A DNA stretch of 64,000 nucleotides from Camelus dromedarius (taxonomy: Eukaryota), in NCBI RefSeq assembly GCF_036321535.1, contig NC_087437.1, positions 33,668,001 to 33,732,000 of the forward strand. Direction: 5' to 3'. This document shows, in pieces, positions 10,687-23,070 of this stretch (its first letter is position 1; every line of letters starts with the position of its first letter). The notes under the pieces were generated by a model that saw nothing but the letters and a program-made list of their open reading frames with translations, was not told the origin of the DNA and ran no database searches. A program made the position numbers and the translations under genes.

Positions 10687-13600
10687 AAATAGAAGATAGA
10701 ATGAGTGCCCTCAGGAGCTCATGTTTTAGGAAGACTGATAAATGAACAAACAATGGCAGATGACAGTCATAAACACGGGCTGCTTTGGCAGCATCCAGGC
10801 AAGATGCCCAGATGATCCTGGGAGGGTCACAGGAGACTGCAGCAGGAGATGAGGGTTGCTCTGAATCTTCATATATAAGCAGGAGAGAAACTTTAGTCAG
10901 GGGAGAAAATTCCAGGTAAAGAATACAGTATTTGAAATAGCTTATCTTGTTTGGTAAAATGTTACTAGTTGGGTATATGTAAAACTAGGCTGGGTTGTGG
11001 GACTGGGAGAAGCAGAGGTAGAGAGGTAGACAGGGGCCCCTGACAAAGGATTTTGAAAGTAGGCATTAATAAACGTTTGGAGGAAATTGGACCTGGTCTC
11101 ATGTCTAAAAATGCGCTGGCTCCCAATAATGTTGAAAAAGCACTTACAAACTTTTGAGTGAACCTTTTCCAAAATAGCCTAATGTGAATTCTAGAAATGA
11201 TATTGATTATTTGCTTTTGATCCATAAATCAACTAATGTATCATTAGACAGCCAGAGGAGCAGTGCCTGTAGTATTGCTGTGTTGTATATAAAACATAAA
11301 TAATGCCTAGAAAGGTGCTGAAAAGTCAAAATGCCCTGTTAAGTAACAGAGAAAACGGTTTTTTTGGAGGATGCAAAAATGTATTAGACAAAGGCTACTG
11401 TATCCTTCAGTTGTAATTCACTAGTTATTTATGCAAAAAGCAGGCAATATTTCACTGTCTAGGAGACACTGCAACTTTACGTGTTTTATGCAATCTTCGT
11501 GAGAAAGAGACAGATGACCATAACATCAGGGACTTTGTAAAGAAATCATGTTTCAAGGCCAGTTCTGTGCTGGGAGCTTACCATCCTGGCATAACCATGC
11601 TTGTCTCCTGATGGAAGAGCCCTCTTTGCCAATAACTGTGACCATCTGACTCCCCAAGAAACGTTTCAGCTCTACCCCTTATCCTGGAACCAATTGGTTC
11701 CTAAGTAGAAAACAATTTAAGGACCCTTGATTTAGCACAGACTAAATATCACTTCATATGGGTTCCGAGTTTGGACCCCAGGTCTGGTAACTAGGCTTTG
11801 AAAAAGCCCTTACTTTGAACCTCAGCATCTCCTGAATGGGCACCTGCCATTTTCTTTCATCTTACCCGGGTACTTGGCTTCATACTCTTGGCTGGACGTT
11901 CTTTCTCTCCTTGCCTGCCCTTCTCCAGTGACTTGTCCTACGTGTCTCCCTCTCTGTGCCTGTCTAGGTCTGTGCCTGTGAACATGTTGTGGCTCTTGGT
12001 CTTGTTCCACCCATGGGCCAGTGCACCACTGCTGACGGGCCTGGGCACCTCTGTCTCTGCGTCAGTAGCCCTAATTTTAGACCCCATGTTGAAAATGCTC
12101 AGTGAGAAGGGTATACCGTTGAAGACGTCAGAAAAGCACAGGCTTTTGTAAAGGCTGTTTTTTGAACCGTACTATTAATAGTTTTCAGGTGTGGTATCTG
12201 ATTAATTTTATGAGCTTATACTTTCTCTTCACAGGCTAACTACTCCATTGTAATGCCGAAGTTGAATTTTCAAAGGTGGCTGAACTTTTTAATTTTCACT
12301 TTATTCTTTTTCAATTCCTTAATTCTTTTGGCCCAAAAAGTAGACTTGATTGCTGGGGGCTGGAGGTAGATTAACTAATTGTTCTGCGGGATTGTGGAGA
12401 GTAGCATGAATACTTCTGAAAGCCAAGCACTTCCACTGACACAACCAGCCCACTTGCTCTGTACTCCTGCTAACTTGCCTGGTTTCCAGCCAAGACAAAC
12501 TTGGTGACTTTAGCTTGTCACCTAAGAGCCCAGTGTCTGATCCCGGTCCTCATTCACCAAAGAACATTATGTCTGAAGTACTTTCTCCCAAGTTCTTTCT
12601 TGGTGGTCAGATCCTGGGTTTCACAGGTTTTACTTTGGTCCAGAACTGGGCCTGCTTACTTTTTTCTTTTGCAGGTGGTTTGTTGTATCCTACAGACTCA
12701 TCCCCTATAAACATGGGATAATGCAGTTAAATAGGAAAACTAGGCAATCTATTGCTTTGTTCAGGTGTGGGCTGTCAGCTGCATCTCAGCCATCTATTTT
12801 TTTGGTAGTCATTTGAGAGGCTGAGTAACTCGAGGAAGTGAGTGGTTTTTAAGTAACTGAAGAACAATACCTCTCCTGGGGCTAATGAGTCATCTACATT
12901 GGAGCAGTTTTTATTTTTTCATCTGGAACTATATAATGCAAAATTAATTCTGTGTTTTTAGCCTTTCATCATCTTGTGGTAGTGAAACACTTTAAAAAAA
13001 AAAGTGTATTATTAACAAGCCTGCTTCCTAGGAGAAAGCTCACTGACTTAGAATTTATAAACCCCAGGAGGGGCTGTATGAACCACAAAGACAGTAGAGG
13101 AGAGGAATGATAGGAATGACCACGGCCGTCCAGACTCGCGCAAGATGAACTCGTATTGCATCGTCTGCCCTCTTAATCGGTCACCGTCTTTGGTCAGTTG
13201 CTGCGAGGCTCTGTCAGGCGAGCTGAAGTATGGAGCCAGAGACCAGGGCTGGGTTTCAGGAATGGTTAAGAGCTTAGGAAGGCAGAATCAATGACTGTAA
13301 CATTCTCCCTTTGAAAGCAGGATCCATTCCTAACAATGAAAACTCTTCAAAGGCAAAACTATTTTCGTCCATGATTTGAAGCTGAAAAACCTGCATCAGC
13401 AGCCCTGCGCCTCTGCATTCTTCTCACCAAACCTGTAGTGTTGAGGGGGCAGCCCAGACAGTGTGTAAGGTTAACCTCAGTGTTTGTGTGTCGTCAGTAA
13501 TCACTCCGGAGAGCTGGGGTTTGCTGAGCTTTGCCACACAAGGCAATCAGTTCCCACTACAGTAAGGTGGCAGGTAGAGGTCTTTGAATAAAAAGCATCA

Positions 13601-14769
13601 TTCTTCCCGAGGGGAGGTTGCTGATTTTCAGGAAACCTTTCCTGGAAATACTGTATCAAACAGGTCATTGACTCCTGGGATGGTGGTTTCTGTTTGTTTG
13701 GTTTTAACTTTCAAAATATTTGGGAATTGTTACATCTTTTGAACAATCTCACAGACCAAGCTTCTCTGAGGAGGAAAAGGTACTGAATTTGCATCTTTCT
13801 GTTGTGTGATTGCCCTAATTAGTGTCAGGTCATGGGGCTTATGAGCACAACCTTGTTTTTATGTCAGGCTTCCATGGTACTCTTTGAACTCCTGGTACAG
13901 CCCTCCCAGGAAACCTCTGAGCTCTCTCAGGCAGGAAGGCAGGTAATTGAAAGCAGGTCTGGAAGCTGGATCTGTTCACCATCATCTGTTATTATCACCT
14001 AGACACAGTCTCTTCTAAAGGCTTTATATCTGAGAAGTCTGCCTCTAAAGTCGCAGAGGCAATTAATAATGTCCACACCTAAATCAAAATTCCTACTGCT
14101 GCTCTTGCTAGTAATATAAGATTCTTCCTGTTTCTTTCATAAATTAGTGGATAACTGTCTCTGCTTCTCTTTTGAGTGAAAGGATTTTAATTACACAACG
14201 CACAGGAGCACAAAGCTTCATCTCACGGGCAGCAGACAATGGAGGCTTGTGATAAAAGCACATTAAACCTTCATTGAGGTTGTTTACACATTTGTAACGG
14301 TGGCTGTGGTCGTCTCTGATAGCAGGGGCAATAAATCAAAACCTTAGGATGTTCTTTTCATTAGCCAATGATTTTATAGCCTGTGGTGGCTTTTTAACTA
14401 TCCATGCATAAAATGGAGTGATATAATTTGTAATTACTGGAAATAATTAGTTTTAATTCCCCCAACAGATACTTAGGGCTTTCATATGATTTGGAAGACT
14501 CAAGTTGACTTCAAAATAGTGCATTGATAGTCCTCTATTAGTGGGTATATTCCCACTGTGTACCCAAGGAACTATAGGCTTTTTTCTTAGCATTTACTGG
14601 GGGTTACATTACTTCTGTAACTCAGAGTATGGCCGCCATAGGGCTGGTGTTGATCCCAAAGAGATGACAACAAGAAAAGCTGCCTAGTATCCTGGGGAAA
14701 AGGTGGGATGGGAAGAAGAAATGAAATGTGAGGAGAAATGTGGAGACAGCAGGAGAGATCTGTTCTCAT

Positions 14770-14955
14770 CCTCACTGTGCCGAGTACCTGGTATGTGGAC
14801 TTTGTCTTGTTACCTAATCCCTTCTGGCATCAGTTTCCTCATCTGTAAAACAGAAGTAATAACATCTGCCTTGTTCCAAGGACCAGTGAGATGAAGCCTA
14901 GGACAGTGCTGTGCACAGTTGCTGGTTCAGTAAAAGGTGCTCAGTGTATTGAGAC
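14770..14955 (+). mobile_element. MIR SINE
   Basis: CAGTTTCCTCATCTGTAAAACAGAAGTAATAA MIR core. Confidence 0.75.
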
Positions 14956-15794
14956 TCTGTTCACACATCTGCAGCCTGTGCCAGAGAGTCATCTGATACG
15001 TCCTGAGCTTTTCCAAGAGAACTGCATAAAAAATCAGGAGTGCTTTGACCCATTTGAAGTCCCCAAATATCATCTTTTTATTTTCTGGCAGGGAATCACC
15101 GATTAAAGTTTTGCACTTCAGAACCCACATTTGATGCTAAGGATGTGAATCCAACTTATAATTTGAACTCACATCCCAATCTAATCAATCAATGTTACAG
15201 AAAATATAGCAGAAGGGAAAAAATTTTAAATCATGCATATCTAGCTTGAAATTCTAAGTCAAGTTTCCTTGAGTGTCAGAAGGTCTCTGGAAATATTTGC
15301 AAAGTTCTTTCATTGAGAAATGCCATGACAGAGATAGGCAGTCCTAAAATCCCGAGAGGGTGGTTGACAGTACAAATCCTGTTTGCAAGTGGGCCTTGGA
15401 GAGAATAGTCTTTCTCACTCCCAGCTCTTGCAGATTCATCATCACATCAGGAAACAGCTTCTGGCTGCTTTGTTAACCATCAGTTGTTGATGTGTTTAAG
15501 GCTGACACATTTTTATTTTGTGTATCTCCTTTTCATCCAAGCAACTAGTGATATATAGGCCACCAAAACTCTTGACGTGACATGTCAGATAGAACTTTCC
15601 TATGTCTTCTAATAAAATATATAGGATCAGTTCTGCTTTGAATCTGCCTTAGATAACACTGTCATGTTACTACTATTATTATTATATTAATATATAGAAC
15701 TTACAGCAATGCCAATATTAAAATATAATAACTTTATGTAACAATATATAATAGCAGACATTAATAATTGTATATCATGTACTATGATAATATC

Positions 15795-16620
15795 TCTATT
15801 TGCTTAGCACCTGCCAGGTGCCAGACACTACATACATTGTTTTAAATCCTCACAATATCCAATCAGAATGGAAATTGTTGTCCCAAGATTACAGATAGGA
15901 AAGTGAGTGAGAGATATGTGCACCCCAATGTTCATAGCAGCACTAAGTACAATAGCCAAGACATGGAAGCAACCTAAATGTCCATCAATAGACCACTGGA
16001 TAAATAAGCTGTGGTATATTTGTACAATGGAATACTACTCTGCCATAAAAAATTATAAAATAATGCCATTTGCAGCAGCATGAATGGACCTAGAGATCGT
16101 CATTCTAAGTGAAGTAAGCCAGAAAGAGAAAGAAAAATACCATATGATACCACTCATATGTGGTATCCAAAAAAAAAAAGGGGGGGGGGACACTATGAAC
16201 TCATCTACGAAGTAGCAGACTTAGTAAACAATCCTATGGTCACTAGGGAAAGGGAGTGGGAAGGAATAAATTTGGGAGTTTGAGATTTACAAATGTTAGC
16301 CACTATATTTAAAAATAGATTTTTAAGAAAGTTTCTTCTGTATAGCACAGGGAGCTATGTTCAATATCTTGTAATAACCTTTAATGGAAAAAATATGAAA
16401 ATGAATATATGTATGTATATGCACAATTGAAACATTGTGCTGTACACTATAGATAGACAATTATAATTGTACTTCCATTTAAAAAAAAGGAAGAAGAAAG
16501 TGAGTGAGGTTCAGAGAGGTTTAGCATCTCTTTCAGTGCTACACAGCTAGTAATTATCAAAGCTAGGATCCAACTACAGTCTGGTCTGACTCCAAAACCC
16601 AAGCAGTTTTCACCAGCTCC
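15795..16620 (-). mobile_element. MIR SINE split by a young L1 insertion
   Basis: AATCCTCACAA...TTACAGATAGGAAA on the left; GTTCAGAGAGGTTTAG...GGTCTGACTCCAAAACCC on the right. Confidence 0.8.
15912..16495 (+). mobile_element. Young 5'-truncated L1 3' end (artiodactyl, likely camelid type)
   Basis: ORF2 end (ATGTTCATAGCAGCAC...AAGCAACCTAAATGTCCATCA), 3' UTR and A-rich tail. Perfect 13-bp TSD GAAAGTGAGTGAG at 15899-15911 and 16496-16508. Confidence 0.95.
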
Positions 16621-17129
16621 CGTTGCATCTTTCTTGGAGAGTGGACCACATACTAGTAAAAGATGTGTTATGTGTGGAATTGCACAATCTGCAGTGGTTC
16701 ATAACTACTCATAAGTGTTCATAAGTGTCACTTTCACGTGGGCAAATTTTAACTGCCTCATAAACTACATGTACAAGGAGATGCTTAATTTACTGTGGAT
16801 TGCTTACAAGTACTCTTGAGTGAGGTGAATTATTTAGGACAGTTTGTTTTCACGGTTACACAAAGGTTGGATTAATAAAATAAAAACAGAAAAGTTTCAA
16901 GTGAACAGCCAGCACAAGGTGGACACAGTGCATTATGAGTGCTAGAGAGCAGACCTCTGAACTTAACAAGCCCTGATTCCTGTTTGTCACCCTGATGCAT
17001 ATATCACTGGCTTGCATTTCTTGGGACCAACTGTTCAGTGAATATAAAGCTTTTTGTTTTAGAAAATCGAAATTGAAATTTATTTACTATAGGCTTGCTT
17101 TCTTCCTAATTTTTAAAAATCATATTTGT

Positions 17130-17915
17130 GTTAGGTCCTCAATTTGGAGTCATCCTCGACACCTTTGTGTTACATCCCATAGCTAAGCCGCTCAGAAACC
17201 CTGATGCCTTGCCTTACAGATATATCAAGAGTGAGAGCATGTCTTACCACTTTTGCAGTTATACTCGGTGAGCCATCATCATTTCTTGCCTGGATTTCTG
17301 TAATAAATTTCTAACTAATTTCCTTGCTTCAATCTTGTCCCAGTGGTCTGTTCTCAACACAACAGCCAGAATTATCCTTTTAAAACTTTAGTCATCAAGT
17401 CATTCTTCCTCCCCAACCCTCCATGGCTCCCCATCTCTCTTAGGGCAAAAGCCTACACATACTACAGGATCTTCCTCCTCTCATCGCCTCTCTACCCTCG
17501 TTCCTACCATCCTCTCACCCCCTCCACTTCAGCCACCTGGCCCCCTTGCTGTTTCTTGAGTTGCCAGGCGTATCCTACCTTCAGGCCTTCACACTGGTTG
17601 CTCCATCTGCCTGGAAGACTCTTCCCCAAATATCTGTCTGACTAATGAACGACCTTACCTCTTGTAAGTTTTTGATCAGATATCACCTTCTCGGGGAGGC
17701 TGACCTGCCGTCATATTTAATATTACAGCCTGCCTATTTACCCTGTTCTACTACTTTTTTCCAAATAGCACTTATAAACTTGTGGATTGATTCCATCTGC
17801 CGGAATGCAGGCCATATGAGAGCAGTGACCTTTGTTTCTCTAACTGACCTATTTCAAAGGCCTAGAAAAGTAGCTGGCACAGAGTAGGTGTTCAATAAAT
17901 GTTTGCAGAGTGTTT
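17130..17915 (+). mobile_element. L2 LINE fragment
   Basis: CCATCATCATTTCTTGCCTGGATT...CCTCCATGGCTCCCCATCTCTCTTAGG...GGCACAGAGTAGGTGTTCAATAAATGTTTG. Confidence 0.85.
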
Positions 17916-17974
17916 AATAAATCAAAGTGAGGTGCCAACATAGGGAAAGAAAATCATGTTCTACCTTACATTTC

Positions 17975-18775
17975 AATAGTTTATCCATCTGAAAACAAAT
18001 AGATATAAAGGCATATCCTGTTCTCATACCATATACGAAATAAATTCCAGATGGACTAAAAATCTAAATGTGGAAAAATTTATAAAGCAGTAGGCAATAT
18101 TTTATAAGCTTTGATTGAGAAATATCTTTCATGGGAAATCATAATACCCTGGGCCTAGGAAAGAAAATACTGAGAGATTTGACCTAAATGAATGTGTGTT
18201 CACACACACACACATATTTCACTGAGGTCAAATATCTCAGTATTTATATTGGACAAAGGTTTAATGTCCCCAGTGTAGAGAAAGGTCCTAAAATTAATTA
18301 GAATTTAAAACATTTTTCAAAAGAAAGTGAATGAAGCCTACATATATACTGTTTTATTAAACGTCAAGGGCTGTTTTAAGTGCTTTACTTATTTAATCAT
18401 CACAACAATTCTGATATATATTTTTTTCCCTACATTACTAATCATCATGGAAAGACATGTAAAAACAAAAGTTTTCCCCTATCAGTCAGAAAAAATTTCA
18501 AAGATATAAAGTATTAAGTGTTAGCAATGTTTGGGGATGTGGTGACCCCCCCATATACTTTTTATTGAAAATAAGATTGACACAGCATTTTGGGGGGACA
18601 GTTTGGCTGTTTCATCTCTCTTTAATGGTCATGCCTTTTGACCTAGTAATTCAATTAATAGGAAACTCTCCCCTATAAATACTAGTAAATATGTATTAAA
18701 ATACATTTATAAGGATAATCAGTGAAATATTACTCCTTACAGGAAAAAATGTTGGAACAATCTAAATGTTGCATT
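17975..18775 (+). mobile_element. Old L1M(E)-type remnant
   Basis: CTCATACCATATACGAAATAAATTCCAGATGGACTAAAAATCTAAATGT and TGCCTTTTGACCTAGTAATTC...GGAACAATCTAAATGT. Confidence 0.7.
18165..18245. repeat. Inverted repeat / 81-bp hairpin
   Basis: AAATACTGAGAGATTTGACCT (18165-18185) is the reverse complement of AGGTCAAATATCTCAGTATTT (18225-18245) with one mismatch. Confidence 0.9.
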
Positions 18776-19180
18776 ACTGTGACAAACCAAGGGTAAGGCA
18801 AGGAAATATGATGACTCTCTTACCTTAAGTTGTTTGGAAGATTTGTTCAAGAGTTGGAAATAGGCAAAGGAGATTACTAGGTGTTCTTTCAATGGAATAT
18901 AGATATCCAGTGGACTCTCCGTGGATCATCTGATTTCATAAGGTGTGTGTGCCTTTATATTTCAATTGACTAGGCTATTTTATAACTCTGAATGAGTAGA
19001 ACTTAAGTTGTAGAAAACATATATTAATGCAAATGACTCTTGTCTATAAGAATGTAAATTAATTATGTCCTGTAGAAAAGCAATTGATTTCTACCCTATG
19101 GAAAAAGATAACCTCAAACATTACATTCAGTTGCCCTATGGAATATTAACCAGTTTTGCATCTGTTAGCACATTCCTGGC

Positions 19181-19217
19181 GCCCAGCTAGCTCAGTCGGT
19201 AGAGCATGAGACTCTTA
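19181..19217 (+). pseudogene. 5'-half tRNA-Lys(CTT) retropseudogene (tailless)
   Basis: GCCCAGCTAGCTCAGTCGGTAGAGCATGAGACTCTTA matches tRNA-Lys-CTT from base 1 to just past the CTT anticodon, with one difference. Flanked by TAGCACATTC at 19166-19175 and 19219-19228. Confidence 0.92.
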
Positions 19218-20899
19218 CTAGCACATTCATTTCACCATTCCTGCTTGCCTATATATATATTTATAATGTTTATTCTTCAAATTCTCCTTTGAACTGGTCT
19301 TAAAACATTACTGATTCCCCTGTTAATTTATGAGTTGAAAGCAATCTTTGACATGTGGTCACTTTATATCTGCATGAGAGTCAGGATTATACCTTTTTGA
19401 AAATTATATATCAGCATAATATTAAAGTCATTGCTTTTTATGAGACAAGAAGTTCTTTATTGCATGATCTTTGCTATGGCTTTCACCATCTGTTCTTATT
19501 CAAAATCAAAATAAACTTTACTGTGCCAAAATAAGATTTTACTACTACAAAATAAGATTTTATTTGGAGATACTGTGGAGCTCTACACTGGGACAGTGAT
19601 GAGGCTTAGCTGTTGTGCACAAAAACAGGGTGAACCAGAGAACGTTTCCTGGAGGTTCTGTATAATCTGACCCAAAAGTCCTTCAGCCCAGGTTTCACAC
19701 AGAATTTTTGCTAAAGAAGGGGATTATGGACACCAAACAATTGAGGGATTGAAGTGAATTCAATAAGAAATAAATAAATCCAGCTCCCATGATAATTTAA
19801 AAGTATTAGGAGTAGCCTTTAAAAGATTAAAAAAAATTTTTTATCTTTAACCTTTTTTCCTTTTGGCAAGGTAAAATGCATTAGGGGTATTCAGTTTCAA
19901 CCAAACAGAATTGTGCCCTGTTCTAATCCATGTTGCCACATGTGGGCAGCTAGTCCTGGCATCTGTTGAGGCAGAAGGGAAGGCACAATAGTTTAGGCTT
20001 TGTCATGTGGCCAGCTCATTCTTCTTGCCATGTATGCAGTGCCTCAGGGAGGGGGAAAATTCAGGGGGCTTAAGGAAGGAAAAAAAATAAAAACAGAAGA
20101 GAGAACTCAATCTGTAGAGCTCTGTGAAGTACCACTTGCTTTTTCCCTTCATACAATCAGTTAATCACCTTATAAAATGCCGAAATCATCAGAGCCTGAG
20201 CTGAAACAGCGAATTCAATTTTTTCCTCTCCTTTAAATGTCTCCTTTTCAGTTATACAGTATTTTATGAAAAATTGATGTCTTGCTAGTCAACATGATGA
20301 ATGTTGGGACATGCAGGGAATAGTTTAAAGAGTTTGTTTTAACAGTTATGCATTTAAATTGTCCCATTATAGTGGACATGTTTCCTCTGCCAACAAAAAA
20401 TCAGTTCTTAAAGGTCCAGTTCTCCTAGAATTTTTTTGCTGCCTTCAATCATTTTGATAGCAATCCTGATGAATTCATGAATTAAAATTATTTCATCCAA
20501 ATGTTAGATTTCAAGGTGGCAGTTCAGGGCCTCTTTTTCTTTTATTGCAGGGCTTTAATACATAATACAGAAGCCATTTAAAGTTTAAAAAATATGATAC
20601 ATTCTCTAAGGAAAACCTTTAGATTTCTAGGCTCAGTAGGGCATTTGTCTGAAAGCAATTAAGTTGTGCAATGCATATCTGTATAAAAGCCACTTCTGGA
20701 ACTCAATGTACTTTTGTTTAAGTCCAGTCCTCAGGTCAAGGTCCTAGCCTCTGATCTTGCTCATAGTACACACGTAATAAATATTTATTGAACAAATGAG
20801 CACATAGAAAACATTATCCATTCATCCATTACTCTGTTCCATCAGCAGAAGAACAAAGGTTTTTTTCTTTCCTTTTGTTCTTCTTTTGCTGTTTACCCC

Positions 20900-21085
20900 A
20901 GAATCATAGATTTATAGAATAACATAGCTGGACCTTAAGAGCCATTAAAGCCAACTTCTACTTTCTACAGATGAAGCAACCAAGGCCTAGAAGTTTGGAG
21001 TGGCTTGAATACTGATGCATAGCAAGTTAAAGGCATGGCAACCAGATGGCAAACATCTGTAAATCCAGGTGCCTTCTCATTGTTC
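20900..21085 (-). mobile_element. MIR/MIR3 SINE
   Basis: AGAATCATAGATT...GACCTTAAGAGCCATTAAAGCCAAC...TTCTACAGATGAAGCAACCAAGGCCTAG. Confidence 0.65.
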
Positions 21086-22844
21086 CAGGTTGCTTCTCCA
21101 GTGTGTTCCCACAATACTGGTAAAAGGTAACCTGGCCAGGCCTATTGACTTTTCTTCTGGAGGAGAAAGAGACAGGTCCCAAAAGACCTTTTGTTTTTTT
21201 TCTTTCGGTGCTGTACTTCTGGAAGCACCTCAGAGCTGGTACACATCTCCTTGGCTGCCTGTCGTGAAGTCTTACCTATTTCAGTTCCTAGCAGGCAGTG
21301 TCATTTCTGAGCCCTCAACAAAGCAAGATTAGTGGTAATGCAGTCAGGCCTGTGTCTGAAGTACTGTTCTGATAAAGACAGGTAAATATGACTGAAATTT
21401 GAGAAAATTCCCCTGTCAGAACTCTTCTCAAGGATTTCTGTGATCACAGCAAGTTAGCAAGGGCTTTGAGAGCCACGATGAAGGTTCTGGTAGGGCAGGG
21501 ATAGTCATGAGGGAGTTTTAACTTGGAGAATCAGCTGCCTCATTGGCTCTTTCGATAAAGTAACTTTGGAAGAGTAACCATGGCAGTAGAATGGTAGCAG
21601 GAATGCGAGACTGCCCGCTAGGAGAACAATGAAGAGGCAGTGCCCGTGATCCTGGTGGTCTCTGCAGGTGAGCCAACTCAGAGACAGTGGAAATGCAGAG
21701 AAGTGAAAGGATTTGGAAGGTATCTTGGGATACTATTTTAATCCTCACACCATCTGTAGATGATAGGTACTATTTTTAGCCCTACTTAAAAGAAAACATA
21801 TTCCAAAAGGTTAAATAGCTTGTTCAAGTATGGACAACTAACAACAGCTAAAACCAGGGCACACAGCCAGGGCTGCATGACTCCAAAACTCATGCTCTTT
21901 TAACCGTCCTCTCTGCACACATTGTGAGTTATAGTAATATCTCTCGAATATCCAAACCTTTATGAATGTGAGAGCCCCACACACACATGGGTGATCTTGT
22001 ACCCAACTGAGGAGTCATGGAAGGCCATGGGCCAGTGACTCTCAACTGGACAGAAGCCCAGTGACAAGGGACAAAGATCTCATGGCCCACCAGCTCTCTC
22101 CATTCCTTTAATAAGCAAACAGGACATAGGGATAACCAAGAAGTGTTTCTGTAGAAACAAAAATTACAAGTAATTTTGTATCAGTTAATTAATTATAATT
22201 TAACTCTACATTAAATTTATATATAAATTAAATGTACATCTGCCGTACCAGTAAGAGTATAGGTGACTCCTACTTGCACTGTAGCATGTACCTTTTAAAG
22301 AGTATTGACTGGAAAATAACAGGTCAAAAATTAATGTTGATGCCCCAATATACAGAAGAATTATTTGGTTGAAGAATTAACCAAATAATCCAGAACAAAA
22401 TAAATAACAGCTTTTAAAAACTGTTACTAAGAAACCTTTAATTCTTTATTAAACAGAAGCCTATGAAGTCACATGTCATTAATCCGTAACAATAAAATGA
22501 AACACCTGCATGTTTGACCCAGTTCTCAGGCCATTATGTGGACTCTCCTGGCTTGGCACTGGGCCACAGATCATACCCTGAGAATTACTTTCATGTAACC
22601 CTGAGACAGCTATTAAAATTTAGGTGTGTGTTCATCAGACCCAGAAGTCACTTTGTAAAGCTCAAGATCTTGAACCAGACCTCATTCATGAGGCATGAAG
22701 ACCAAGACTGTGACATCTTTTATTATATGGAAAATGAAGTGTAGTCCTAGAGAAAAGTCTAGAGTTGAAATGAAAGAGAATAGCAAGACGAGGGCAAGAA
22801 AGGAGACCACGTATCACTTGATGCAACTGTCAAAATCAACTATC

Positions 22845-23070
22845 AATTATCAAATGCTTAGTACATACCTGGGTTTGTGCTAACTGCTTTGTATATATTA
22901 TCTTGTTTAAACCTCGAAACAAACCAATGAGGAAGTTACTGTTATCAAGCCCAGCTTACAACTGAGGAACTGAGGTGTAGAAAAGATAAACAATTCCACT
23001 CAAAATCATTTAACTAGTGAGTTGTAAAGCCAGATTTTGAACCCAAAGCTGATGTTCTTAACCACTAACC
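22845..23070 (-). mobile_element. MIR SINE
   Basis: GTTACTGTTATCAAGCCCAGCTTACAACTGAGGAACTGAGG...GCCAGATTTTGAACCCA. Confidence 0.75.

Noticed and set aside
12655..12770. Strong polypyrimidine acceptor TTTTTTCTTTTGCAG
   Set aside because: Only a weak downstream donor and no coherent frame; isolated splice-like motifs are common in introns.
19181..19217. Functional tRNA gene
   Set aside because: It lacks the 3' half, including the T-arm/B-box and the acceptor 3' strand.
22207..22236. 30-bp near-palindrome TACATTAAATTTATATATAAATTAAATGTA
   Set aside because: Almost pure A/T low-complexity sequence, where such palindromes are expected.
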